Virus record (IMG/VR): IMGVR_UViG_3300008255_000002
From: a virus
Length of the DNA: 64,000 bases
Direction: 5' to 3' (one strand)
In this document: one piece after another, positions 9,325 through 19,663 of the stretch
How the letters are laid out: each line of letters starts with the position of its first letter
Position numbering within the stretch: the first letter of the stretch is position 1
The notes under the pieces: model-generated
What the model was told of the DNA's origin: nothing
The model's database searches: none
What the model saw: the letters and a program-made list of their open reading frames with translations, nothing else
Program-made: the position numbers and the translations under genes

Positions 9325-12300
9325 CTAACTTCTTTCCATATCATATTTCTCAATTTCCTCTAAACACATCATCGTCTTGTCTAAATCATTTACTCCGAGA
9401 AAATCAAACTTTACCATTCCAACATCTTCTGATGAATGCATATCAAACGCGCAATATGGTTGATCTGGATTTTTTGTATCGTAAGCCATAGGAACTAATT
9501 CTCCTAATGGTTGATCTGATAATAAAATAGCGCTTGCGTGTTTACTAATTTGTCTCTTACACCCCTCTAAACGAATTGCCTGTTTAAAGTATGGCGCGAA
9601 ATCTCCCTCAATTTCACCACTATCTGTCAAGTGTGCCCATTTTGCTAATTTTTTTGCATTATTGCGAAGCGACCAAATAATAATAGATGGCGTTTCTCCA
9701 ATTTCTCGCATTTCTTCTAATTCATCAGTGATTGCAGCTTCATCAGGAATATATGTTGTAATTTCATTTTGAATAAATTGGTCACAAGCATTATTGATAC
9801 GTAAACAATCCTTAATTGCAGCGCGACCTTTCATTGTTCCAAATGTACAAATGTGACCAAATTTATCTGCTCCATATTTTTCTTTAGTATATTCAAATAC
9901 CTTTTTACGAAAACGTGTTGGGAAATCTAAATCAATATCCGGTAATGCTACACGTCCAGGTTGACAACGACCTTCATTAAAAAATCTTTCAAAAATTAAT
10001 TTATATTTAATTGGATCAAGTGCTGTTGTGATTCCTGTTAGATGTGATATCATACATCCTCCAGCACTATTATGTATTAAACATGTTGATGTTAAGTAGT
10101 TGTGATTATTTTCCACATGAAGATCATATACTTTATTTGACGTTTTAACTTTATTTATTTCTCTGATTCTAATTAGTATACCATTATCTAGTTGAAAATA
10201 ACGATATTGTTGATTTCCGTCATATCCATACAACCATTCTAATTTTGGGACAGAAATAACATAAGATCTTTTGATGTTTTCAAATCCCTTTCTTTTATCT
10301 TTTCTGTCATCAAATCTAATACCAGCAGGAATTCTTAATCTATAAAATAAAAATCTTGTTTGATATGCTAGTTTAGAAGAAATTGTAGTAAAACTAGATC
10401 TCCCACTATTAGAACCGTCTGTTTCGGAATACCCTTTTATAAAATCTTTAATATATTGTTCTTTTGCAAAGATAACAATATCCGGTATATATTTAGATTC
10501 TGCACAAAAATTATAATTTGGCAAAATATCTTTAATAAAACATCTTAAATGACACGATATAATCTCTAATTGGGTTAGTTTGCTTGTTTTACTATCTCTT
10601 CTTCTTACTTCATAACCCATCCCTTCAAAGTAATTAATAATAAAATCTATTTTTTCAGTGTGTTCGGAATTGAATGCAACACCAACAATATTATCTTTAT
10701 GCGTATTAAGCCATCCGTTACCAACAAACATTCCTAAAAATCTATAAAATTTATCATCACATAATATATATCTATTATTAGATTGAACCCAATTTATTTT
10801 TTTTGTCAATCCGTTATATTTATTATGATAAACATTATTTTCATCGTGTGTCAATCTTTTAGAGTCGGAATATTTCGACAAATCAATTAATTTTATATTG
10901 TGTTCTTGCACTATTGGTTTTGGAATAAATACATATCCGCCGACCTCTAATTTATCCGCTCTTATCCATTTCAAACTTCCTACAGGATCTTTTCTGGATT
11001 TTATTGATTTTTTTGTTAGCTCTGATAAATTATCCCAATTAGGGTGTAATTCTGGTATTTCCGCAAAAACCTCATGATCTTTAGTTAGTGTTAAATTTGT
11101 TGAATCTCCATACCAACACTTGATTTCTAATAACTCTTCATCACAATCATATTCAAAGACATCTAAAACTTTATTAATAGATCCGTCTATTGTATAGACG
11201 CAATCTCCTTTTACAACATCTTTAATTTTTTTTACATTTCCATCATCCATAACAATAGGATTATTGGGATGATTACAACCTCGCGCGCACCCAAGTAACG
11301 CTCCCTGATTTTTAGACCAATTAACAATATCTTGAACAATAAGGAAGTACCCAGCTAATCCCCATTTTTCAACAACATCTAATTCCATCTTAATACGTTC
11401 GATATAAACAGGATTTTTCTTTTCTTCTGGCGAAAGTTTTATTTTCCATCCATCGCGACACATTTGTTTTAAATAATCAATATCAGATTTACCATTTGTA
11501 TCGGGAAATTTCGGAAGCATTGGTTGCGCTGTTACTTCGTAATCCTCACACATATCCGCGATTAAATAGGTGTTTTTTAATTCTTCATCAGTATTATATT
11601 TCATTTCCTCTAATGAAGGAATATGATATATTGCATCAGTAAAGAATCCGCCCAAACTAACATCTTCGTTGTTTTTAACTCTCTCTATAACTGTTTTAAA
11701 ATCAACTTTAAGATTGTTAGCTACAAGAATTTGTTGGTCTTGTTTATATTCCGGTGAAGCATAATGAGCATCGGCGGTTGCGACACAAGGTATTCCGGTA
11801 TCTTTACTTATATCTCTTAATACCTCGGCAATAATTTTTGCTGCGGGCATATGATTTTGATTGAGATTTTGGATTTCCAAAAAGAAGTTTTCCTTACCAA
11901 AAATATCGCGGTGATATTCAGCTAACCTTTTACATTTTTCATAATGATCAGGATCTAAACATGATCCGGCATCTTCAATTGTTTTTGCGTTATATGCTTC
12001 TGAAAATCTATCTCCAAATAATATATCTGCAAGATCACTACCTACGTGCCCCGGAAAACTAATAATGTTACCATCTAAAAATTGTGATAACCTCTCTAAA
12101 TCAATCCTTGGTTTATAATAATAAATATCTTTATGGTTTGTTTTTGTAACAATTTTAATTAATTGTTTCCATCCCTTGAAATTTTTAGCAAGAATAACCA
12201 AGTGTCGCGTTTTACGATTACTGTTATCTTTAATAGATGCGTCATGTTTAGCTATATCGATCTCACAGTTATGTAAACAGAAATCTGATACATAACTGTT

Positions 12301-13590
12301 ATCTTCTTCTACTTCAAAATTAAACACATCAACAGAATCATTTTTTAATATCTCTACATGTGATATTGGTTTATATGTATAATTTTCATCTGATAGATTT
12401 TTATTATATTTTTTATTCAGTGTGTAAGAAACCGAATAACTAGGTATGTCTGTATAATTATATTCTGATACGTTTGACCAATCTCCAAAATCTACAACAA
12501 TTCTCTTAAATTGCCATGCTAAAATTTTAGAAGATACTTTTAAAGTATTTTGAATACCTTTTTTGCCATCTCCATCTAATAACCCAACTACAAAACTTCT
12601 TCTACAACTTATATCAGATTCAAAAATTTCATTTGGTATTTTTTTATTATAACTTCCAATACCACACATACCAGATATAATATAGGCTAATGGTAAACAA
12701 CATGCATAAACTTCTCTTATTGACTTATCTTCTCTTATATGTGTTGTTGCATCAATATTAAATTTATCTTTCAGTAATTTAACACAAAAATCAGAAAATT
12801 TAATTTCATTTATATTAAAAGAAAGTGTAATTTGACCGCTTAAAGATCCATCTTTATTTCTATCAACACTTCCTTCTGCAACATACAATCCAAGAAAATA
12901 TGAAAAATCCTCATCAATTATAATTTTTTCTTTTATATTGCTCCATATCTTACCAATACTATCATATTTATTCAATTTTGAAGTTTTTTGAACAAACCCA
13001 TCAATACAAGATAGGTGGTTTGGGAGATACCTATTAACATCAATAATACTAATAGTATTAATATTATTTTTTGGAAAACAAACATGTTCTTTCCAATATT
13101 TATGTCCTAATGTTTTATTTTTTCTTCCTCCAACTATTTTATCTGCTCTTACCCAATTAATATTACCATTTATATCTCTAATTAATACAGGGTGTTCACC
13201 TGTCATGATTATGCTTTTCTTAGAATTTCCAGACAGACAAATTTTATAAAGTTTATCTGTATGATTTCTTTTCATTATACCGCTAACCCTACGATACCTA
13301 CCTTTATGAGTTAATACATAATCTCCTTCAACAATATCCTGTACATTTTTAATTCCATCTTTCGTATATATTGTTTGATTTTTTAATAAACAGCCCAAAA
13401 TAGGTTTAATTCCAGCTTTCTTTATAGTCTTGTGAAACTGGATACACCCTGATATATTCCTATGATTAGTGGTCGCTATAGCAGGCATATTTAGTTTTAT
13501 ACATCTGTCTGCTATTTGTGATGGTTTTGCTGGCGAATCTAATAAACTATAAAAATCGTGATTATGCAAAAGTATATAGTTTTTATCCAT
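9325..13590 (-). CDS. dnaE: DNA polymerase III alpha, N-terminal half (PHP + palm), with two inteins
   Basis: HNHDFYSLLD, YYKPRID, ATADAHY, GYFLIVQD, FERFFN, PDIDLDF, SKHASA, KFDFLG. Confidence 0.95.
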   Translation of the reverse strand: MDKNYILLHNHDFYSLLDSPAKPSQIADRCIKLNMPAIATTNHRNISGCIQFHKTIKKAGIKPILGCLLKNQTIYTKDGIKNVQDIVEGDYVLTHKGRYRRVSGIMKRNHTDKLYKICLSGNSKKSIIMTGEHPVLIRDINGNINWVRADKIVGGRKNKTLGHKYWKEHVCFPKNNINTISIIDVNRYLPNHLSCIDGFVQKTSKLNKYDSIGKIWSNIKEKIIIDEDFSYFLGLYVAEGSVDRNKDGSLSGQITLSFNINEIKFSDFCVKLLKDKFNIDATTHIREDKSIREVYACCLPLAYIISGMCGIGSYNKKIPNEIFESDISCRRSFVVGLLDGDGKKGIQNTLKVSSKILAWQFKRIVVDFGDWSNVSEYNYTDIPSYSVSYTLNKKYNKNLSDENYTYKPISHVEILKNDSVDVFNFEVEEDNSYVSDFCLHNCEIDIAKHDASIKDNSNRKTRHLVILAKNFKGWKQLIKIVTKTNHKDIYYYKPRIDLERLSQFLDGNIISFPGHVGSDLADILFGDRFSEAYNAKTIEDAGSCLDPDHYEKCKRLAEYHRDIFGKENFFLEIQNLNQNHMPAAKIIAEVLRDISKDTGIPCVATADAHYASPEYKQDQQILVANNLKVDFKTVIERVKNNEDVSLGGFFTDAIYHIPSLEEMKYNTDEELKNTYLIADMCEDYEVTAQPMLPKFPDTNGKSDIDYLKQMCRDGWKIKLSPEEKKNPVYIERIKMELDVVEKWGLAGYFLIVQDIVNWSKNQGALLGCARGCNHPNNPIVMDDGNVKKIKDVVKGDCVYTIDGSINKVLDVFEYDCDEELLEIKCWYGDSTNLTLTKDHEVFAEIPELHPNWDNLSELTKKSIKSRKDPVGSLKWIRADKLEVGGYVFIPKPIVQEHNIKLIDLSKYSDSKRLTHDENNVYHNKYNGLTKKINWVQSNNRYILCDDKFYRFLGMFVGNGWLNTHKDNIVGVAFNSEHTEKIDFIINYFEGMGYEVRRRDSKTSKLTQLEIISCHLRCFIKDILPNYNFCAESKYIPDIVIFAKEQYIKDFIKGYSETDGSNSGRSSFTTISSKLAYQTRFLFYRLRIPAGIRFDDRKDKRKGFENIKRSYVISVPKLEWLYGYDGNQQYRYFQLDNGILIRIREINKVKTSNKVYDLHVENNHNYLTSTCLIHNSAGGCMISHLTGITTALDPIKYKLIFERFFNEGRCQPGRVALPDIDLDFPTRFRKKVFEYTKEKYGADKFGHICTFGTMKGRAAIKDCLRINNACDQFIQNEITTYIPDEAAITDELEEMREIGETPSIIIWSLRNNAKKLAKWAHLTDSGEIEGDFAPYFKQAIRLEGCKRQISKHASAILLSDQPLGELVPMAYDTKNPDQPYCAFDMHSSEDVGMVKFDFLGVNDLDKTMMCLEEIEKYDMERS
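10069..11277 (-). mobile_element. Intein (403 aa) with LAGLIDADG domain at the dnaE GRG/S site
   Basis: GCARG|CNHPNN...VYDLHVE...CLIHN|SAGGC; FIKGYSETDGS. Confidence 0.92.
12268..13392 (-). mobile_element. Intein (375 aa) with LAGLIDADG domain in the dnaE PHP domain
   Basis: KPILG|CLLKNQ...LGLYVAEGS...GLLDGDG...VFNFEVEED...CLHN|CEID. Confidence 0.92.
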
Positions 13591-13687
13591 CTCTATCCTT
13601 TATATATTTAATCGTATTATGTAATTTTTCTTTATATATAGCACTATGTTTTTTTATATTTTTTGCATCACAAGAGTTAAACTAAAT

Positions 13688-14032
13688 TTATCGATTATCT
13701 CCACTTCCACCTAACACACCACGATCTTTTCTATCGTATAATTTATCGATATTTGATTGTGCGACATCATCTAGTTTAGTATTCAATTCTTTAGATACTG
13801 CCGCTAAATACCACATAACATCTCCTAATTCATCTGTAATTTTTTTGATAAATTCTGGAGAAACAACACACTTATCATCACGAATAAATTTCTTTAGTTT
13901 TCCTGCTACTTCGCCTGCTTCATTAGTTAAACCCAAAACTGTATAAAAAAGCCCTGTTAATTCAGGTGGAATTTGTACATCCTGATAAATTGCACAAACC
14001 ATTGCTTTGTCTTGATATTCGTTTAGTTCCAT
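13688..14032 (-). CDS. mazG: MazG-like nucleotide pyrophosphohydrolase
   Basis: LGLTNEAGEVAGKLKK...DELGDVMWY...NIDKL..R...GSGDNR. Confidence 0.9.
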   Translation of the reverse strand: MELNEYQDKAMVCAIYQDVQIPPELTGLFYTVLGLTNEAGEVAGKLKKFIRDDKCVVSPEFIKKITDELGDVMWYLAAVSKELNTKLDDVAQSNIDKLYDRKDRGVLGGSGDNR

Positions 14033-14223
14033 TAGATTTTAACTCCGTAATTTTTGTTAATAATATCAATGATAATTTGTTCACGTTCATCCATCTGACT
14101 ATACAAATCTTTAAGTTGTTCAAATACAATTTCATATTGTGATTCTTGTAACCAATCTGGAATTTCGTTATTAGAATTTAACATATCACTTAATTTAGAT
14201 AGATAGATTTTTAGGTTTTTCAT
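14032..14223 (-). CDS. Hypothetical protein
   Basis: AGAGG RBS, TAATG coupling. Confidence 0.6.
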   Translation of the reverse strand: MKNLKIYLSKLSDMLNSNNEIPDWLQESQYEIVFEQLKDLYSQMDEREQIIIDIINKNYGVKI

Positions 14224-14245
14224 TTTATATACCTCTGGATTTAAG

Positions 14246-14578
14246 TTAATTTTTTTTATTAAGATTATTATTGATTATAAATTTATCATACGCTATAACA
14301 GCAGCTAATTTGTTTTTAAAATAACCTATAGTTTTAACTTTATTATTCTCTAATCTTACTTTTGATATATAAATATTTAATTTTCTATGTTTATGAATTC
14401 CTATATATTGGCTTGTTTTGATTCTATTGGTAACTTTGTTTATTTTATAATTTGTATAATCGAAATTTGAAAAATTTAACATTGCAAAAATTTTGTGGTA
14501 TTTTAATGCATAAAAATCATCGTCTAACAGTAACCATTTGCCTTTTCCATATGTTCCACAAATTTGAATAAATTTCAT
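14246..14578 (-). pseudogene. Internally deleted HNH-AP2 endonuclease remnant
   Basis: N-terminal GTYGKGKWLLLDDD and C-terminal AP2 (SQYIGI...IGYF..KLAAVIAYD), no HNH core. Confidence 0.6.
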
Positions 14579-14584
14579 TATTCT

Positions 14585-15559
14585 TTATACTTCCTTACTT
14601 TTTTTGCCGCCACCATCACCATATGTAAAAGGTTTTTTTCCATCGCTATATTTATCAGTTACATAATCGACTCCATGTTTTTCTACTTCTCGTTTAAAAA
14701 ATTCACATTGAGTTAATCCTGTGTCTTCATGATTATTTTTAGCAAAACTACAAACGTATTTACAAAACCAGTCATACTTTCTGAGTCGTGGTTTCTTATT
14801 CCTTTCTATCTCTCTAAACTTACATATAATCTTGTTTTCTATTTTTGGAACGTCTTTCTTGGATATTCCAAAGGTAAATGGTCCGCCATTATTAATAAAC
14901 CATATAGTGAAATATATTATATCTTCGTTGGGATAGATTTTGTGCGCGGCATACAAATATAAGTTGATTTGAAAGTCATCGTTTAAATCGCTCCAGGATT
15001 TTTCTTTTCCTGTATTGATATTTGATCTCTTTCCGGTTTTATAGTCAACTAAATGAATATGCCCATCAGAATCTCTAATAATACAATCTATTGTCCCTTT
15101 TAATCCGATATACCCTTCAACCAAATCCCCTCTAAATAAATAAGAGAATTTTTCTTTTTTTATTACAATATTGAAGCGTTTTTCAACTCCTATGATATTT
15201 TTATTAATTGGATTTGCCGGTTGTTTTAAAGCTTTGTAAAACCATTTCTCTATAGTTTTAAAAACGCTATCATCCCAATGAGGTTGTTCTAACTCACGAT
15301 AGTACCGAAACGCCGTCGTAATCGCCCAATTTTCTGTCATTTTCTCTTTTTCTATTAAGCCTATATCCTCACAATCAACCAAGTTATCTTTGGAGATTTT
15401 CTTTAAAGAGAGTAATTCAAAAGCTTTATGAAAGACGTTACCTTGGCTTGCTTTCTCATTTGTATCTGAGGGTAAACCTAAGATATATTCGAGTAAGAAT
15501 TTATGTTGGCAAACATTATAAGTTCCTACATTTGAACTGCGTATGAATGTTATAACCAT
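14585..15559 (-). CDS. PD-(D/E)XK (Cas4/RecB-like) exonuclease
   Basis: GNVFH, EKRF, KGTIDC...LVDYKTG, QINLY, C-terminal cysteines. Confidence 0.85.
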   Translation of the reverse strand: MVITFIRSSNVGTYNVCQHKFLLEYILGLPSDTNEKASQGNVFHKAFELLSLKKISKDNLVDCEDIGLIEKEKMTENWAITTAFRYYRELEQPHWDDSVFKTIEKWFYKALKQPANPINKNIIGVEKRFNIVIKKEKFSYLFRGDLVEGYIGLKGTIDCIIRDSDGHIHLVDYKTGKRSNINTGKEKSWSDLNDDFQINLYLYAAHKIYPNEDIIYFTIWFINNGGPFTFGISKKDVPKIENKIICKFREIERNKKPRLRKYDWFCKYVCSFAKNNHEDTGLTQCEFFKREVEKHGVDYVTDKYSDGKKPFTYGDGGGKKSKEV

Positions 15560-15581
15560 TATTTCTCACAATCTATATAAT

Positions 15582-15686
15582 TTATGATACATCTTTTTCT
15601 ATAATGGCGGTACGTATAAATTCTTCCATATCTACTAAAGCGTTTATACCAACACCATATTTCCCACTCAAAGGAATCTCTTTCAT
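15582..15686 (-). pseudogene. 34-aa N-terminal remnant of a homing endonuclease
   Basis: MKEIPLSGKYGVGINALVD resembles the N-terminus of 14246-14578. Confidence 0.45.
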
Positions 15687-16450
15687 TATGAAAACCACCC
15701 AAATTCAACAGCGGCATCAATAATGTATTCAGAACATTCTTTAATATCCATATCTTTATTATCTAATACAGCAGCAATACCATTAGAATCTTTATTAATA
15801 GAGTTCTCACTAGAATGATCGTCGCCACTATCATAATTTCTTAAAAGATATATTACTTTACCGCCCAACTCATTAACAATATCTATAGCGACTTGGTGAC
15901 GAATATCCGCTAATACAACCATTTGCGCGCCGCAATTTTCTACAGATTCTTTCCATACTCTTTCCCAACAATCTTTATTAGGCGACATTTCTCTAAATGT
16001 TTCTCCTACCCATTTCATAATATCTCTAGATGTCATAAAATCAGTTTTCTTCATACCGGGTTTTAAACGTGTGCCGCAATCACCCCATGTAATATTTGTT
16101 AGGGTTTCTTTAACGCCTTGATTTCCATATAACAATTCGTATGGAATATCAAACATTGTATTACATAATGATTTTAGTGGGGTAGCTAAATCAATATGTT
16201 GAATATTTCCCCATAAATATTTTGCACAAAAACTTGCATGTTCTTCGTTAAGGAAACCTGTTGTATCTAGTGGGTCTTCAAACTTATCAACTACAATTAA
16301 TCCATCATCGTTTAAACGAATACTTTCTACAACCGGATTACCATTTTCATCTAATGTATTTCCTAACACTGTAGCTTTTAGAATATTTGCACATGTAGTT
16401 TTTCCCGCACCGATTTTCCCAGCAAAACCAATAATTTTAATATCACTCAT
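15686..16450 (-). CDS. Deoxynucleoside monophosphate kinase
   Basis: GFAGKIGAGKTT, LATPLK, R..M..VGE.FR, ADIR, HSSE. Confidence 0.85.
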   Translation of the reverse strand: MSDIKIIGFAGKIGAGKTTCANILKATVLGNTLDENGNPVVESIRLNDDGLIVVDKFEDPLDTTGFLNEEHASFCAKYLWGNIQHIDLATPLKSLCNTMFDIPYELLYGNQGVKETLTNITWGDCGTRLKPGMKKTDFMTSRDIMKWVGETFREMSPNKDCWERVWKESVENCGAQMVVLADIRHQVAIDIVNELGGKVIYLLRNYDSGDDHSSENSINKDSNGIAAVLDNKDMDIKECSEYIIDAAVEFGWFS

Positions 16451-17555
16451 TATACAACCTATTTTTTAAATCGTTAAAATTAATTTTTCCATCACCAATA
16501 TCTTTTCCATTTATATTTATATTTGGTACAACTATATTATAGTATCTACGATACTTTTTAATAATTTCGTCTATTCCGCTTTTTCCGCCATTATCATTAT
16601 CTAATAACAATATAACTTTTAATATACCAATAGAATCTAATAGTAATGCCTGTTTTTGGGTCAATGAATTACCAAACAACCCAAGAGCACATTGTATATT
16701 ATTCTCCTCTAATCTAAGAATATCTCCAACACCTTCACATAATATCGCCGTTTTGGTTTTTTTTAATTCTGTAATAGACTCATAAAAATTAAATATGTGA
16801 TCTGTTTTATTAAAATCCTTGTTAATCCACTTAGCACTTTTATTAAAAACTAAACGATCTGATGTTTTGGGGCACTTTGAATCTTTTTTGTGGTATCTAT
16901 TACATTTATCGCAAGAATCAAAAACTGATCGCGCCGTAAATCCAGCTACAGTTTTATCTTTATTATAAATAGGGACAACTGCCCTATCACTAAGATATTT
17001 ATTTTTATATAAATAATCCCCAATATCATATCTCTTTAATATTTTTTCTGAAAAGCCGCGACTAATAAAATATTTTGAAGGGATATCTAAGTGTTTAATA
17101 ACATCATTTCTAGTTAATATATTAAGGTTTTCTTTAGGGGGATTACAACCATTCTCCCTAATGAAACGACGCCTTTCTAGTTCCTTCTCGTTGATCTCCG
17201 CTAGGGTTTCTATTTTTAGTAGTTTCTTACACCAATTTATCGTTTGGGGAAAACTAACCTTAATATCTCCCGGCGCACACCAATTTTTGTATTTCACTGA
17301 TAACATCGCTCTCACAAAACCCAAGATCGAAGAAACAAATTCATTCTCACAATGCCGAGTATAACAAATATATTTACCAGCATATTGATGTCCGTATTTA
17401 TTTAGATGAAACGCATCACATCTATCGCCCTGATGTATTGGACATTTTCCCGAATAAGTTTCGCCGCAATCTTGTAGGTCTATTTTAAAATAATCTATTA
17501 TATCATCAATTTTTAATAATAACATTTCCTCTAATGCACTGGTATCAACTTTCAT
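16443..17555 (-). CDS. dnaG: DNA primase (CHC2 zinc finger + TOPRIM)
   Basis: CPIHQGD...CYTRHC; GFTAR; LCEGVGD; LLLDNDNGG; KDIGD. Confidence 0.9.
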   Translation of the reverse strand: MKVDTSALEEMLLLKIDDIIDYFKIDLQDCGETYSGKCPIHQGDRCDAFHLNKYGHQYAGKYICYTRHCENEFVSSILGFVRAMLSVKYKNWCAPGDIKVSFPQTINWCKKLLKIETLAEINEKELERRRFIRENGCNPPKENLNILTRNDVIKHLDIPSKYFISRGFSEKILKRYDIGDYLYKNKYLSDRAVVPIYNKDKTVAGFTARSVFDSCDKCNRYHKKDSKCPKTSDRLVFNKSAKWINKDFNKTDHIFNFYESITELKKTKTAILCEGVGDILRLEENNIQCALGLFGNSLTQKQALLLDSIGILKVILLLDNDNGGKSGIDEIIKKYRRYYNIVVPNININGKDIGDGKINFNDLKNRLYNE

Positions 17556-17892
17556 ATTTAAACTTAGTATTAGGATATTTGTTTTTTAAGTATGTATAAA
17601 ATTCTTCTTTGTTGTATTTACATATATATTTTACTAGTTTTCCGCTATTTATATATGTATCAATAAGTTTACAATCATTATCTAAAAATAATTTTTCTAC
17701 ATCCTTCTGTTTTAATCTTCGTAAATTTCCCCTTCTTTCTAATCCACATTGAAGACATCTCATTCCATAAAGATGATTTCCTACAGATTGTTCAAATGTT
17801 CCATGCTTCTTACATATAATAATTATTTTTTCATAACAACTTTTATATATTGTAGGGCTATAATCATATTCTGTATTTACTTTTTTTCTCAT
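17545..17892 (-). CDS. Zinc-binding homing-endonuclease-associated fragment (degenerate)
   Basis: YDYS..IY....KIIIICKKHGTFEQ...HL.G..C..C. Confidence 0.6.
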   Translation of the reverse strand: MRKKVNTEYDYSPTIYKSCYEKIIIICKKHGTFEQSVGNHLYGMRCLQCGLERRGNLRRLKQKDVEKLFLDNDCKLIDTYINSGKLVKYICKYNKEEFYTYLKNKYPNTKFKYES

Positions 17893-19298
17893 ATAGATTC
17901 TTCTGTATCATTTATTTCGTTATCTTTTTTATTATCTATTATTTGTGATCTTAATCCTAATTCGTAAATCCTATTAGTATTAGTGTCAAAATTTAAACAT
18001 AAATAATCGTCATCTGGGATTCCGGGTCCAAAACGAATTCCTCTTCCTATAATTTTGCGATTTCCAGCTTCGATAGGATCTTCTGATATTTCTTCTGGAG
18101 TTTTTTTCTGAAACATCAATACGGTACTACCTAACCAAAGTATACGATCAGATTGCGATAAATCCCCATCTCTATTTTCTTGTACAAAAGTTAATATTGG
18201 TATATCTAGTTGATTAGATATAGTTGTTAATTTTTGCATGATAAATCCAAAACTTTGATATTCAGCAAGTTTATTAAGTCCGTTTTCATTCATCATTTTT
18301 AGATAATCAAGAACAACCAAACAATCATTAGTTTTTCCTGTTTCTTTATTTATTCCAACATAACGCATAACCCATCTTTTGATATATGCAATAATTGAAT
18401 CAAACTCGAATCCATTAATACTTTTATAGTATAAATTATATTTTTCTAATTCATCAACAGCTTTCATTACTTTAGATTTATCAAATTGATGTTTCCCAAA
18501 TTTACCAGTTTCAACATCAGAAATTTTAACACCAGCTATTGTTGCTAACATGCGAGGGATTTGATCTTCTGGTTTCATTTCTGTATCTAAAATTAAGGTT
18601 GGTATTTTTAATTTACCAGATACATGTAATGAAATATTTGATGCTAAAGATGTTTTGCCGCACTTGGGACGTGCCGCAATTACCCATACCGACCCCCTTC
18701 TTAATCCACCACCAGTTAATTGATCTAAAATAGGGTATGATGTAGATATTCCAATAATATCAACAGGATTGTTTAAATAATTATCTACACATTCTCTAGT
18801 TATATCACTAATTATTTTTGGATTATCGTCATAGTTACTAAGATTTAAACTATAATCAAAAACTGGTTGCTCTACAGAATTTAATATTTCTTCCATAGAT
18901 TCTGAACCGTTTAACCTGTCTACATTATCTTGTGATTGACCAATTACCTTAGATTGCAAATCTCTAATAACAGAACATTTTAAAACTTTTATTGCGTGAT
19001 TTCTAATATTAGTTTTTTCGACGTGTAATGTTTTTAAACTCTTTAAGTAATTATTAATCTCTTTATCTTTAATAAATTCGCTTAGAGAGAGTTCTTGAGC
19101 CGATGATCTAAAAGTTCCATAATCAAATTTAGTGTTTGGATTTTTATGAAAGGTGTGTTCTATAATATTCCATATAGTAGAATTGATATTATCATCAAAA
19201 TAATTACCTTTGATAATATCCGACATCTCAATATATGCATCGCTTCCATATTGGATAACAGAAGCTAGACATGCTCTTTCCGCCGCTAAATCTATCAT
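17889..19298 (-). CDS. dnaB: Replicative DNA helicase
   Basis: AARPKCGKT, DTEM, VLDYLK, VQENR. Confidence 0.92.
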   Translation of the reverse strand: MIDLAAERACLASVIQYGSDAYIEMSDIIKGNYFDDNINSTIWNIIEHTFHKNPNTKFDYGTFRSSAQELSLSEFIKDKEINNYLKSLKTLHVEKTNIRNHAIKVLKCSVIRDLQSKVIGQSQDNVDRLNGSESMEEILNSVEQPVFDYSLNLSNYDDNPKIISDITRECVDNYLNNPVDIIGISTSYPILDQLTGGGLRRGSVWVIAARPKCGKTSLASNISLHVSGKLKIPTLILDTEMKPEDQIPRMLATIAGVKISDVETGKFGKHQFDKSKVMKAVDELEKYNLYYKSINGFEFDSIIAYIKRWVMRYVGINKETGKTNDCLVVLDYLKMMNENGLNKLAEYQSFGFIMQKLTTISNQLDIPILTFVQENRDGDLSQSDRILWLGSTVLMFQKKTPEEISEDPIEAGNRKIIGRGIRFGPGIPDDDYLCLNFDTNTNRIYELGLRSQIIDNKKDNEINDTEESI

Positions 19299-19663
19299 TA
19301 GATAAAATCTCTCATTTTATGAGCTATGCATTGATCACAAATAAAATTATCAGAAAATTTATCATACCCCTTAATTACAAAGACTTCTTTGCCACACTTT
19401 GTACAATTGATAGAAACTCTTTCTGGAGCATTTCTTTTTTCTTTTTGAGTGAATATAATTTTATCTTTATTTAATAATTCTTTTTCTATTTCTTCTCTTT
19501 CTTTGTTTGGAATATGTCCAATGTATTTAGATTCGTCTATTTCTTCAAGACTTCCTTTTTTTTGCCAGGGAACTTTTTCGCACGGTCTATCGTTTGATGA
19601 ATCTATATTATTAGTTTTTTTATTAGGTTTATTTGCTTTAAATTCACTTAAATCAACTTTCAT
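19298..19663 (-). CDS. Hypothetical zinc-finger protein
   Basis: CTKCG...CDQC. Confidence 0.6.
   Translation of the reverse strand: MKVDLSEFKANKPNKKTNNIDSSNDRPCEKVPWQKKGSLEEIDESKYIGHIPNKEREEIEKELLNKDKIIFTQKEKRNAPERVSINCTKCGKEVFVIKGYDKFSDNFICDQCIAHKMRDFI

Noticed and set aside
14585-15559. Cas4-like gene as evidence of CRISPR-Cas
   Set aside because: Stand-alone PD-(D/E)XK nuclease typical of phage replication modules; no array or cas1/cas2.
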